DNA of 63,533 nucleotides, filler included, from Atractiella rhizophila (Eukaryota): NCBI GenBank assembly GCA_021432655.1. It is 3 parts of 2 records of this genome, joined end to end, with 100 filler letters (N's around TTAATTAATTAA, not from the genome) between each part and the next. Parts side by side here need not be neighbours in the genome. Positions count along the whole stretch, not along the records: positions 46,254 to 63,533 come from MU271370.1; 2 more parts are not named here. One strand, 5' to 3'. Shown piece by piece: positions 62,729 to 63,533 of this stretch (position 1 is its first letter; each line of letters starts with the position of its first letter). The notes under the pieces were generated by a model. It saw only the letters and a program-made list of their open reading frames with translations, ran no database searches and was not told where the DNA came from. The position numbers and the translations under genes were made by a program.

Positions 62729-63533
62729 CAGGAAACTCGGTAACATCGAAAAAACAGACGTACGCTTAGTTTTTAAAGACCTGCCCGGTACACTATAATT
62801 GCCAATGCAGAGACCTATTGGCAATACAAACTTGGGCGGAGAAAGTCTTGGAAATAATACTGGATTGACAACCTGAATATGCGAGACACGCCTTGTTTGA
62901 AAGTCAAGAAATGATATAAGGATAGAACCTTTAAAGCATCGACTATGCCCCTCTCAATCACTTTAAGCTAGCCCACAGGAAACCGGCCAGCACACCACCT
63001 ATCAAACACGTCGCACGCGCGTCCGGCATCTCCAACCCAAATCTCTCCGAGTCCCAATGAGCGACAGGATTCTCTATGAAAACGCTGGGCGGGCGCATGA
63101 AGCAAACACTCAAATTCTTCCCAGGCACCTTCAATATTAAATTTACAGTAGATGGAGAAAAGGAATTGTGAAATGGTGACCACGAACGCAAAGAAGTCTA
63201 AGAAAAACAAGCAGGTTGAGGTGGAGGACGAGAAGGGGTTCGAGAAGGGAGGAAATTGGGCGATCAGTGATCAAGGAATTCAAATTCAAGTTGAATAGAT
63301 AGACTGCAAGCGCCACGATATTCCACTTTCTGTCTTAAGAGCCATGTTTCAATGCCATGTCTTGCGATCTCTTGGCATCTAGGTCCCCGTCACAGAACTT
63401 GAAATGGTACATTCAACTTCTCTTTTTGCTGGTAAATTGGACAATCATTAAACACGTCGAAACTGCTGCTGTCAAAACTCGTCAATCAATGCTTCAAAAC
63501 AGTCGTAAGCCTGCTCGTCGTCTTCCTCGTCAC

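Overview
Eukaryotic, intron-containing DNA from a draft fungal assembly. Short GT..AG introns and the gene content suggest a basidiomycete; the species cannot be determined. There are several N-gaps, two of which contain an artificial TTAATTAATTAA spacer. (1) 1.7-21.7 kb is a tandem segmental duplication of about 9.5 kb (two copies plus the start of a third). Each copy carries a patatin-NB-ARC-TPR fungal NLR with highly conserved 120-bp/40-aa repeats, beside decayed METTL25-like and serine-dehydratase pseudogenes. Copy 1 is intact (about 1551 aa spliced, 14 repeats). Copy 2 has 7 repeats, one nonsense codon and a Ty1/copia 3' end upstream. Both patatin domains appear to lack the catalytic Asp, and the intron joining patatin to the NB-ARC domain carries a conserved in-frame stop. 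(2) 22-46 kb holds mostly ordinary genes: TPR-like protein, AIF/AMID-type oxidoreductase, PHD protein, carboxylesterase, Sds3-like protein, COX6, F-box protein and a chromate transporter. (3) 46-63.5 kb is an accessory region with a complete-looking hAT transposon, a mosaic of gene fragments (NmrA::UBC8 chimera, Exo70 3' end, ABC1 kinase 3' end, copia relic) and a co-oriented arsenic-resistance cluster (arsM, ACR3 and a candidate Cys-rich regulator). All calls come from motif recognition by eye; no database search was run.
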